Below are positions 51,014-60,940 of a stretch of 64,000 nucleotides of DNA, in pieces; position 1 is the first letter of the stretch; the number at the start of each line of letters is the position of its first letter. The translations under genes were made by a program, and so were the position numbers. This stretch comes from Candidatus Marinacidobacterales bacterium. GTDB taxonomy: Bacteria; Acidobacteriota; Vicinamibacteria; Marinacidobacterales; DATDRI01. The notes under the pieces are model-generated. The model made no database searches, had not been told where the DNA came from, and was given only the letters and a program-made list of their open reading frames with translations. The stretch covers positions 3,680,001 through 3,744,000 of the forward strand of contig CBDCNP010000002.1 of assembly GCA_965219415.1 (NCBI GenBank), given 5' to 3'.

Positions 51014-52427
51014 ATGCGAAAGCTACTGATGCTCTGGTTCTGTCTGCAGACGTCGCCGGCCCGGCCGGCTGGCGTTGAGTTTGCCCCAGGGGCACATACT
51101 GATCGTCCTATCGCACTGGTCGGCGGCATGCTGCTGGACGGCTATGAGGCAGAGCCAATCCATGACGCCGTCGTTGTCATGCACGGCCGGCGCATCGTTG
51201 CCGCAAATAACCGACGTGCGGTCGAAATTCCGGCAGGAGCCCACATCATCGACACCCGTGGCAAAACCATGATGCCCGGGCTGATCGATTTGCACATCCA
51301 TCTCGACCTGATCGGACATGGTGACTACACCCGGTACTACCGCTTTCTCAAGGGCACGGTCCGTTTGCCGGAAGTGATGCCCATTGCTGCCAAACAACTG
51401 ATGCGGGCTGGAGTGACCAGCGCGGTGGACCTCGGTGCTCCGTTCCACATCCTGGAGACTCGGCGACGCATCGAAGCTGGCGATATTCCAGGCCCCCGTC
51501 TCACGATTTCGGGGCCCTGGATCTCCCGGATGCCGGATGCGGTACGCAACGTCGGTGTGTTGGAGGGCATTCCACCGGAGTATGAGCACGTCATCGCAAG
51601 CCCCGCTGAAGCACGCGACAAGACCCGGGAGAACATCGAGAAGGGCGCCGATGTCATCAAGACCTGGGAGGGACTGACGCTCGAGGACCTGACAGCGGTT
51701 GTGGATGAAGCTCACAAGCATGGCGTCAAGGTTCACTCGCACGTCTATCAACCGGACGAAATACGCAATGCTATTAAGGCCGGTGTGGACGTGCTGCAAC
51801 ACGTGGGCTCCGCCCGCAATCCGCCCTACGATGACAATCTGGTCTCGACGATCTCACACCGCCAGATTCCCATTGTTCAAACGGTCTCCCACCGTATCTG
51901 GATCTATCCGGCGACCGTTAGTTTTCCTGAGCGTCTCCAGGATCCGCTGCTCGAGCGAGACATGCCACCTGATATCTATGCCGAAGTCCTGGATTCGTTC
52001 CGAGACCTTCATCGGCTCAGCTATTTCCGGGAGATTGGTACGGAAACACGCAATGCGCGTCGTTCGGCGCATCAGTTCATCGAGGCCGGGGCCTATATGG
52101 GTATAGGCACCGACTCCGGAAGCCCACTAAATTTCAATACAGAGGCAATGTGGCATGAGATGTCGGCGTTGGTGGAGATTGGCATGACACCGATTCAAGC
52201 CATCTCCGCGGCAACCAAGACCGGTGCGGAAATACTTGGTCAGCAACGCGAACTCGGCACCGTCGAGCCTGGCAAACTGGCCGACCTTCTGGTCATCGAC
52301 GGCAATCCACTTGCGGACATCAACATGGATGAATTTCGTCGTTCTGACAATCCGCAACGGAGTGCCATGGTACGACCCGCAGGGGCTGGTCCTGCCCGGC
52401 GTCAAAGAAGTGGGCCGCGAGTACTGA
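51014..52427 (+). CDS. Secreted amidohydrolase (prolidase/HutI-like), frameshift near C-terminus (~52335)
   Basis: PGLIDLHIH, VIKTW, VHSH, LQH, GTDSG, GKLADL; tail VVLTIRNG...EVGREY in the next frame. Confidence 0.82.
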
Positions 52428-52583
52428 CGAGGTACCGGGCACGACGTGTATGACTAATTGCCAGCGACGCCATCAACTCAACCCGTATATGGAGCTAGTA
52501 TTAGATTCGGTCGTAGGTTATTTTCTTGCGTGCGGTGAGGCGAACAAATAACCTTTCCCCGTTTTTGACACGGAGGCCTTTCC

Positions 52584-54050
52584 ATGACGCCCAAGTACAG
52601 GTTTCAGTGGTATCAGCACATTTACGAGAGTACCCCCAAGATCCTCGAAGAAGCTAGACAAGCCGCCAAGGAGATCGGCCTGGAACCTTGGAGAGGGAAG
52701 CTCGGACTGTATGCGGGAAGCTCCTCTTGTCCTGGTCCGCTCCCTCCTTATGTTCTAGACGCCATTATCGAAGCGAACCGTGGCCCGATGCTCCCGCTCA
52801 GAAAAGCGGAGGACGAACTGCGAGAGATCGTCAAGGACGTCTACGGAGACGGATACGACGTCGGAGTGACGAACACCTGTGAAATGGCCCTGCGGGCGTC
52901 CTTCGAGACGCTCTTCGCCCCTCCTAACTTGAGAAAAGGCGAGGCGTACCGTGCCCGGTACATCGCGCCGTATGGCGAGGATTTCGACTTCATGGCCGGC
53001 TACGGAAGACCCTTCCCGCCGAGGTACAAGAATCTAATCATCGACCGGTGTGTCACAGCCGGAGAGCTGGGGGTGGAGGCCAAGAGCCTACCCAACCTCG
53101 ATTCGGTCTTTGTGCGACTCGAAGGCGCCAAGTATGAAGTCCACGGAATCCGGTTCAACCCCGTACCCCTTCTCACCACTACGGACGCGGTGATGTCCCA
53201 TAAGAAGATGGCCGAGACGGCGGCGAGACACGCGAGTCAGTTGGTGGGTTTCGAGAGCATCGGGTACGACACCCCCGGATTTGGTTACGGCGACAAGGAT
53301 GAGAACGGCATTCCCAAGCTCAAGAAGCTCATCGGAAAGCTTGCCAAGGATTTCGACGTTCCGTACGTGGTGGATGGCGCCAGCTGTTGTCCGGTCATCG
53401 GCCTAGGTCCAGCAGACTTCGGAGCCGACGTGATGGTGTGGAGCATGGACAAGGCCTGCCGCGCCCCTATCAGCGGTCTCATCATCGGGACCGAGGAAGT
53501 CATGGTCCCCATCCGCAAGGGACTGGGACTCGGCGGGGAGAAGACCGGTGGGGTTTCCTCTCACGGAAAAGCCGTCTTCTCGATGGCCGATCCAGGTAGA
53601 GACTCGGTGGTGGGCCTCATCGCCGTCTTGAAGATGCTGCGCGACAAACCGGAGAAGATCAAGAAGCCCATCGATCAAATGCATCGGATCATCTTGGAGG
53701 AATTCGACTCCTTCCAACCGAGCCGATTCAAGGAAAACTTCATCATCACCAAATCCTATACGATGGGTGGCACCGAACTGAATTACGAGCAAACCTGGAA
53801 GGACGACAAATTTGGCATACCCATTTCCAGCGTCGAGGATCTGTATGGGAACACGAACCCGATCGCGTCCGCTCAAGACGCGATGGGTATCTACGGGGCG
53901 ATGGTCTACAGCGGGAATATGTTCTTGGGCCCGGGAATGGGAACCTTGGACGAGAACGGAGATCTGATGGAAGAGCCCACCCGGCTCGCCGTCCGTGGAC
54001 TGGTGCGAGCTACCGAGATCGTCTGCAAGTATGCGGGACTCGGCGGGTAG
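52584..54050 (+). CDS. Uncharacterised fold-type-I PLP-dependent enzyme (distant SelA-like)
   Basis: GGAGG RBS; VPYVVDGA and WSMDKACRAPISGLIIG align with the PLP Asp and Lys motifs. Confidence 0.75.
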   Translation: MTPKYRFQWYQHIYESTPKILEEARQAAKEIGLEPWRGKLGLYAGSSSCPGPLPPYVLDAIIEANRGPMLPLRKAEDELREIVKDVYGDGYDVGVTNTCEMALRASFETLFAPPNLRKGEAYRARYIAPYGEDFDFMAGYGRPFPPRYKNLIIDRCVTAGELGVEAKSLPNLDSVFVRLEGAKYEVHGIRFNPVPLLTTTDAVMSHKKMAETAARHASQLVGFESIGYDTPGFGYGDKDENGIPKLKKLIGKLAKDFDVPYVVDGASCCPVIGLGPADFGADVMVWSMDKACRAPISGLIIGTEEVMVPIRKGLGLGGEKTGGVSSHGKAVFSMADPGRDSVVGLIAVLKMLRDKPEKIKKPIDQMHRIILEEFDSFQPSRFKENFIITKSYTMGGTELNYEQTWKDDKFGIPISSVEDLYGNTNPIASAQDAMGIYGAMVYSGNMFLGPGMGTLDENGDLMEEPTRLAVRGLVRATEIVCKYAGLGG

Positions 54051-54065
54051 CTCTTACTCACCCAG

Positions 54066-55484
54066 GTGGTAGAGCAAAACACGGCTCCCGGGCTCGTCCG
54101 AAGTCTCGGTCTCCTCGACTCGACCTTCATCGTGATGGGGGTGACCATCGGCTCCGGGATCTTTCTCACCACCGGGGTCATGGCCCAGTTTCTCCCTTCG
54201 GCGCCGCTCCTGATGCTCGCCTGGGTCGTTGGGGGACTCATTGCCATGACCGGGGCCCTCACCTACGCCGAGCTCGGAGCGGCTATGCCGGAGGCGGGGG
54301 GGCAGTACATTTATCTCCGGGAGGCCTACGGCCCGCTGTCTGCATTTCTCTTCGGCTGGATCATCTTTCTGGTCTATCAGCCCGGGTCCATTGCGAGGCT
54401 GGCGACGGGATTCGCCGTCTACCTCGGCTATTTCGCTCCGAGCCTGGGTACCGAGAACATCATTGCATCGATGCAGCTTGCGGGCAGCACTCTTACGCTT
54501 TCCGCCGGGCAGATCGTAGCGGTGGCAGTGATTGTCTTTCTCACCGCGATGAACGTGATCGGGCTGCGCTCCGGTGCCATCATTCAGAACGTCTCCACCG
54601 TCCTCAAAGTGGCGGCTCTCGCTGCCTTGATTCTGTTCGGACTGTGGTTTGCCCGTGGCTCCGTTTCGGATTTCTCGATGGAGACCCACTCGGGGGAGGG
54701 AGTCTCGCTCTTGAGCGGTTTCGGCCTGGCTCTGATCGCTGTCATCTGGTCCTTCGACGGGTTCAGCAGTCTCAATTTCTCCGCCGGGGAGATCAAGAAT
54801 CCGGGCCGGACTCTGCCTCGGGCGCTGGTCTTGGGAACGGCGGGAGTGACCGTCCTTTATCTTCTCACCAACGCCGTCTACTTCCTGGCGCTACCGATCC
54901 CCGAAATGCAAGGGGTGCTGCGGGTGGCAGACAAGGCGGCTTCCACGCTTTTCGGTCCCACGGCGACTGCTTTCATTGCCGCGGCCGTCCTGGTATCGAC
55001 CTTTGGCTCCACCAACGGAACGATCTTGACCGGGGCCCGGGTCTACTACGCCATGGCCAAGGATCGGCTCTTCTTCAAATCCGTGGCCCGCGTGCATCCG
55101 CAGTACCGTACCCCGCACATTTCTCTTTGGCTCCAGTGCCTATGGGCCTGTGGGCTTGCCCTTTCGGGCACCTTCGAGCAGCTCATCACCTACACGATCT
55201 TCGCCGCGGTCCTCATGTATATGGCGGCCGCTGCCAGTGTCTTTACTTTGAGGCGCACGCAGCCCAATCTCCTCCGGCCCTACCGCGTCTGGGCGTACCC
55301 GTTCGTGCCCGGTTTCTTCCTCGTGTCTTTGGCCGGGGTAGCGATCAACAGCCTGATCGAGCGGCCCCTCGAATCCTTCTCCGGTCTGGGGATTCTCGCT
55401 TTGGGGGTTCCCGTTTACTTTTACTGGAGCCGTCGACACCGTTCAGCGAGAGCTTCAAGCGGACCGACCAATATCACAACATGA
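54066..55484 (+). CDS. APC family (LAT-type) amino acid permease, paralog of 32144..33550
   Basis: IGSGIF, YAELG, WSFDGF; long blocks identical to the first copy. Confidence 0.95.
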   Translation: MVEQNTAPGLVRSLGLLDSTFIVMGVTIGSGIFLTTGVMAQFLPSAPLLMLAWVVGGLIAMTGALTYAELGAAMPEAGGQYIYLREAYGPLSAFLFGWIIFLVYQPGSIARLATGFAVYLGYFAPSLGTENIIASMQLAGSTLTLSAGQIVAVAVIVFLTAMNVIGLRSGAIIQNVSTVLKVAALAALILFGLWFARGSVSDFSMETHSGEGVSLLSGFGLALIAVIWSFDGFSSLNFSAGEIKNPGRTLPRALVLGTAGVTVLYLLTNAVYFLALPIPEMQGVLRVADKAASTLFGPTATAFIAAAVLVSTFGSTNGTILTGARVYYAMAKDRLFFKSVARVHPQYRTPHISLWLQCLWACGLALSGTFEQLITYTIFAAVLMYMAAAASVFTLRRTQPNLLRPYRVWAYPFVPGFFLVSLAGVAINSLIERPLESFSGLGILALGVPVYFYWSRRHRSARASSGPTNITT

Positions 55485-55496
55485 AAGTGGCTAGTT

Positions 55497-55580
55497 AGTT
55501 CCTGTCCAGAAACACCATAACTTGTGGTGTGCGACAGGCCTACCGAAGATGTGGGTATTATACGTTTTCGGTAGGGAACT
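55497..55580. mobile_element. 84-bp MITE-like element / fused IS ends
   Basis: AGTTCCTGTCCAGAAAC ... GTTTTCGGTAGGGAACT imperfect terminal IR (12/17), at a gene-fragment junction. Confidence 0.45.
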
Positions 55581-55664
55581 TCGTAGGGTTGAGAGCGAAT
55601 GAAAATCTTGGACGAAACGAGAGGCGAATCGTCAGGAATCCAAGGCTATGGGAGCGGAAGAGTA

Positions 55665-56496
55665 ATAGTTATCGTCGGGTTCGAACGGGAGCTCTCGAGC
55701 GACCTCGCCCTCTCGGTGAACTACGCTTACAAGCGGGGACGAGACTATGCTGCATGGAACGACATCCGTGGGGTGTACGAGGAAGCGACCTACATCGACG
55801 ACCAGGGGGCGGACGCTACCGGCGCCACGATACCCGTCCTAAATTTGCTGTCCGGCCCCGGGGATAGGTTCTTCGAAATTACCAACGACGAAAGAATGAA
55901 CACCAGGATCCACGCCTTCACGGTGCAATTTATCAAGAGGATGTCCGACAACTGGCAGACCAACACATCATTCTCCTACACGGATACCTTTGGGATCCTA
56001 CCCTCTGGCAGGGGAAGCACCACCGGAGGCCAGTCTACGGCGTTGGTCTTTTCCTCCTTCGGCCAGAATCCTAACGACTTCGTCAACATGGAAGGCCAGC
56101 TGAACGGCCAACGACCCTGGATGTTCAAGTCGCAGTTCCTCTACCAATTCCCGCAAGATTTCCTCTTGGCCTTGAACTACACCCTTCAGGCCGGCAAGGC
56201 GTATGCGCGCCGGGTCCGGGTCCCTGAGACGGGGTTGTCCACCGAAATCAATGCCGAGACGAGAGACGGGAGCCGTCAAGTGGGACGACTGGAACCTGCT
56301 CGATGTCAGGTTGCAGAAACTCTTCGCTATTGGCCCGCAGGCCAGAGTTGGAGTGTTCTTCGACTTCCTGAACCTCTTCAATGCAGGCACCAACGAGAGC
56401 GTCGAGAGTCGCCTCGGAACGTCGTCCGGCTTCGGAGTCCGCAGCGTTTTCCTTCCCCCGCGACGTCTACAGCTCGGCGTGAAGTTCCAGTTCTAA
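55665..56496 (+). pseudogene. C-terminal fragment of a TonB-dependent receptor (Oar-like), frameshift ~56280
   Basis: Beta-barrel strands VGFEREL, KRMSDNW, DFLNLFN, PRRLQLGVKFQF with terminal Phe. Confidence 0.85.
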
Positions 56497-56519
56497 CTTA
56501 ACCGATCGCGAAATCCCTC

Positions 56520-56549
56520 GCCCCGGGGCTTGGCCCCGGGGCTTTTTTT
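56520..56549 (+). terminator. Intrinsic terminator
   Basis: GCCCCGGGGC-TTG-GCCCCGGGGC hairpin followed by T7. Confidence 0.85.
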
Positions 56550-56582
56550 CCTAACTGGAGCAGAGTAAAGACCGATCGGGAT

Positions 56583-57764
56583 TCAGGTTTGAAGCGCCTG
56601 TTCCAAATCGGCGATGAGATCTTCGGTGTCTTCGATCCCCACCGAGTAACGGACGAGCCCCTCGGGAATTCCCAAAGATTCGCGCTCTTGGGGGGTGAGC
56701 TCGACGTGACTCGTCGTCGCGGGAGGACCGGCGATGGTCTCGACCGCTCCGAGGTTCGCGGCAAGGTGTGCGTAGCGGAGCCGCGGTAGGAATTCCCGAA
56801 CCCGTTCGAAGCCTCCCTTCAACTTGAAGCTGAGGATGCCGCCGAATCCCGTCATTTGTCGGCGGGCGATCTCATGGTGCGGATCGGACTCGAGCCCCGG
56901 ATAGTAGACTCGCTCGATAGCGGAATGTCCTTCTAGGAAGCGGGCAATCTCGAGCGCGCTGGCGTTTTGCTGGCGGATGCGGAGATGCAGTGTCTTCACC
57001 CCGCGGAGCAGGAGGTAAGCCGCCATGGGATGAAGCGAGGGTCCGGTGATCTCGCGGTAGTGCGATATCTTCCGTATGAGATCGCGCCTTCCACAGACCA
57101 CCCCTCCCAAAGCGTCCGCATGTCCGCCAAGAAATTTCGTTGCGCTGTGGACAACCAAGTCGGCCCCCAACTCGAGAGGCCTCTGGTTCATCGGTGTCGC
57201 AAAGGTATTGTCGACAACAACGAGAGCTCCTGTTTCGTGCGCCGCTCTCGAAAAATGGGCGATGTCGACCAATTTCATCGTCGGGTTGGTCGGAGTCTCG
57301 AGGTATAGGATCCGGCACCCGCGAGCGATAGCGGCTTCGATCGCTTCGGGATCTGTCGTCTCGCAAAGCGTCGCTTCCATTTTGACGCGCGGAAAAAACT
57401 CGAGGAATAGCTTGCTCGTCCCTCCGTAGGTGTCCTTCGTGGAAACGACACGGTCTCCCGAAGAAAGTAGCCCGTAGAAGGTGCTGGTGATGGCCGCCAT
57501 ACCAGTGGAAAAGCTGGTCGCCGCGTCGGCACCTTCGAGCGCGCGCACTTTTTCTTCGAAAGCTTGGACGGTGGGATTCGACTGCCGGCCATAGATGTGA
57601 CCCGGCTCCTCGGACTTGGCGACTTTCAACCATTCGTCGAGATCCGGATACCCGAACGAAACGCTATGGACAACGGGGACTTGGGTGGCGCGTTGCCAGT
57701 CTCCCTCCTCTCCAGCCCAAACCGAGAGGGTGCCTATCTTGGGTTTTTTCTCCATGCGATCCAT
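56583..57764 (-). CDS. Cystathionine gamma-synthase/lyase family PLP enzyme
   Basis: YGRQSNPT, ETPTNP, DNTFATP, HSATKFLGGH, ANLG, RYSVGIED. Confidence 0.95.
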   Translation of the reverse strand: MDRMEKKPKIGTLSVWAGEEGDWQRATQVPVVHSVSFGYPDLDEWLKVAKSEEPGHIYGRQSNPTVQAFEEKVRALEGADAATSFSTGMAAITSTFYGLLSSGDRVVSTKDTYGGTSKLFLEFFPRVKMEATLCETTDPEAIEAAIARGCRILYLETPTNPTMKLVDIAHFSRAAHETGALVVVDNTFATPMNQRPLELGADLVVHSATKFLGGHADALGGVVCGRRDLIRKISHYREITGPSLHPMAAYLLLRGVKTLHLRIRQQNASALEIARFLEGHSAIERVYYPGLESDPHHEIARRQMTGFGGILSFKLKGGFERVREFLPRLRYAHLAANLGAVETIAGPPATTSHVELTPQERESLGIPEGLVRYSVGIEDTEDLIADLEQALQT

Positions 57765-57766
57765 TT

Positions 57767-60700
57767 CTACCTCTTTTTATCCCAGTAGTCTGTCGGGCGA
57801 TCGTCCGACAAATAGATTCGCGGGTTCAACCATGGATAGTCTCCAAAAGTCTTGGCCTGTGGCCAGATTTCGTCCAGGGTTTCCCCGTCATACAAGACGC
57901 CACCCTTCATCACCATATCGATATCCGCGGTGGCGCGAATGTCGGCAAGCGGATCGGAGTCTAGCACTAGCACGATGAGGTCGGCGAGTTTTCCGGCCTC
58001 GATGGAGCCCAGAGCCTGATCGACTCCAAGAAAGTATGCGCCGTCTCGGCTTGCCAATTCGAGCGCTCCCATCGGGCCGAGTGCGGACGCCGCCATCCAG
58101 ATCTCCCAGTGGGACGCGATGCCATGTTGTTGGCCATGAGAACCGATGGCTCCGTGACCGCCCTCGGCGATGATGTCGGCCAACCCTTGGGCCAATAGTG
58201 GGAAACTATAGTCGGTCACCGGGCGGAGCACTCGCTGACGCGTGTGAGGGACGAGCTGCCTCCACGGCACAAAGCGACGGAGCTTCTCGTCCTTCCATAC
58301 GTCACGCTCTTGATAAAAGTACTCCTCGTTCCAAGGACCAGGGCCGCCAACGACAAACGTCGGCGAGTAAACCGCCTTGGCCTTGCCGAAAAATTGCGCG
58401 ACGTCGCCATAGATCGGGACCGGGATCAACGGATGCCGTCCTGGTAGGTTTTGATCTCGTTGGATCGGGACCAGTCACTGCGGAAGAGCGGATCTCCGGT
58501 GCTGAACGTCCGTGGGCCGACGACCAACCCCGCCTCGATCAGGTCCGCGATGGGGAACGTGTTCTGAGACCACGCCGAGTTCTCGAGCGTGGTGGTGACC
58601 CCGTAGGCAAGGTAGGAGGCGACCTCATAGTCCTTCATCGGTAGGAAGCCGCGTGGCTCCGAGTGACGGTGCGCATGCATGTCAACGAAACCCGGAATGA
58701 TGAACTTTCCTCTGGCGTCCACGAGGCGATCCGCGATCGACGTATCGCAATCTCCAGCACAACGGATGCGTGTTCCCTCGACGACGACGTCGCCTTCCGC
58801 GATCACCTCGCCTTCATCGAGGGTGATGATGCGAGCATCTGTAAAAGCGAGAGTTCCATTCGGTTGGTAGCGGGGCACCTCGAGGTCGAGCGTCACCGAG
58901 CTCTTTTCCTTTGAATCGATGGCGTAGGTAACGTATTGATCGGCGCTTCCGAACTCGATGGACTTCTCGTTCCGCCAGCGCGGAAAGAGCCCGCCCGTCT
59001 CGCTCAGAATGGTCACCGGCCAAGCGGGGTCTCTTCTGTTCAAGAGTGGTACCTCGGCGCCGACTCCGTTCCAGGCAAACGGCGCGAGATAGAGATTGTC
59101 TCCCTCCTGGAAGGCGATGTGCTTTCCGTCAGGGGAAGGCGCCATCTCGTCGGTAAAGGGAAATCTCAGGTGGACCCGACGATCGGTTCCATCCTCCCGG
59201 ATCGAGACGAGATCGCTTCTAAGACGCTCGTCCTCATCCGAGCCCTGTTTCACTTTTTCGGTGAAGAACACCCGACCTTCCGGTCCAAAGAGTGGCCGCA
59301 CGATCGGTGAACGCTCTAGCGACCAAAACTCCCAAGGCGGGCTACGTACTTCGGCGAGATGCACAACGCTACCACCCGAAGCGTTGATTCTTACGAGCTC
59401 GTACCATGGGTTGTCGAGTATCGCGCGCTCGCGGGCGCTCGCTCCTGCCCCACGTACCATGACGATGAACTGGCTGTCCGGGCTCCAAACCGGATTGAAG
59501 TACTCCCCGGAGGTGGGAGTCAGTCTCTCGAGACCCCCTCCCGTCGCAGCGACTCTCCACAGGTTTCCTCTCTGTGCTTCATCAAATGTCGTGAAGGCGA
59601 GCCATCGACCGTCCGGCGACCAGGCCGGTGAGTACTCGAAGGGAGCGAAGTCATGTGCAGTGAGCCGGCGCGGCGCTCCCCCGGAAACATCTTGAAGCCA
59701 GAGCTTCCCCACTGCTTGGAAAACGACGCGTCCGCCATCCGGAGAAGCGGTTGGCCAGCGCGGGAAACGAACCTTCAAGGGTTCGTCGGTCAGCCGCCAA
59801 GAAGCGTAAGCCTGCTCCGAGATCGTCCGTTTCACGCGCGCCGTGAACGGAATGGTTTCCACGCTACCCGTCGCGACAACGACCCGCCGCAGTTTGCCCC
59901 CTTGAGAGAGAAAGATCGAAGTGCCGTCGGGACTCCACGCATAGCCGGGCAGGATCCTCAACGTGGGATCGCCGTCGGTCAGGTCCCGCTCCATCGGATC
60001 CATGAGAACCCGTTCCGAGCCCGTCTCGAGGTCGCGTAGCCAAAGCGCGGTCCGAGGTCCGAACCGATGTCCCTTGTAAGAGATTGTCCCGTCGGGGACA
60101 CGACGTCCGAATGCAATCGTCTCACCGTCCGGCGAAATCTCCGGCGCGTAGGCGCCACCGCTCGAGCTTCGCACCTGCTGCGCCGATGCCCCTGCGGTTA
60201 GCTCCCGCACTTGGCCGGTGCGGAAATCCCACCGTCGAACTTGCCAGAAGCCGGCCAAGGGATCCCCGTGTCCTCCCGGCTTGTCGCCGCCGGTGAAGAC
60301 GTGGAAATAGAGGTGCCTGCCGTTAGGCGAGACCGATGGCCACCTCGCACCTGGTTGTTTCTTATCGATGAGCTTCACGCCCTGTCCGCCCTCCCGGTGA
60401 TACATCCAGACTTCGTTTTTGGAGGGTCGGAACTGCTGAGAAAGCTCGCGGCGGCGGACAACGATGTACTCCCCGTCCGGCGTCCAAGCCGGCTGGGAGA
60501 TCCGAACTTTGTCATCGACCACTACGGCGCGCGGGTTGGACCCATCGGCCTCCATGATCCAGAGGTTTTGCTGCCCTTGGCGGTCGGAAACGAAAGCAAT
60601 CCAACGTCCGTCGGGAGAAAAACGAGGATGGTAATTGACCGCGATGCCACTCCCTTGGGTGAGACATTGGGCTTCGCCTCCCGCAATGGGGACACGATAA

Positions 60701-60897
60701 ATGTGAGCGAGAAGATCGAACACCAACCAGCGTCCATCGCGAGACACGTCCACCGACATCCACGTTCCTTCGCTGGTTACAAAATCGATCTCCCTCGTTT
60801 CCCCGCGAGGCTGGGTGACATCCCACGATTCATCTTCGGGCGATTTGGGACCGAAGCCGAGCAGGAGCAGCGCCAAGCCGAAAGCTATTCTGGACAT
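57767..60897 (-). pseudogene. PD40-repeat + amidohydrolase protein with an internal deletion/frameshift at ~58436
   Basis: EGTWMSVDVS, many WSPDG, PGFVDMHAH, GPRTFSTG then abruptly HPLIPVPIY; GSHGQ and GKLADL in the second ORF. Confidence 0.85.
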
Positions 60898-60940
60898 GAG
60901 CGTTTTCTGCCTCCTTGTTCGAACGTTAACGACGCCTGAG

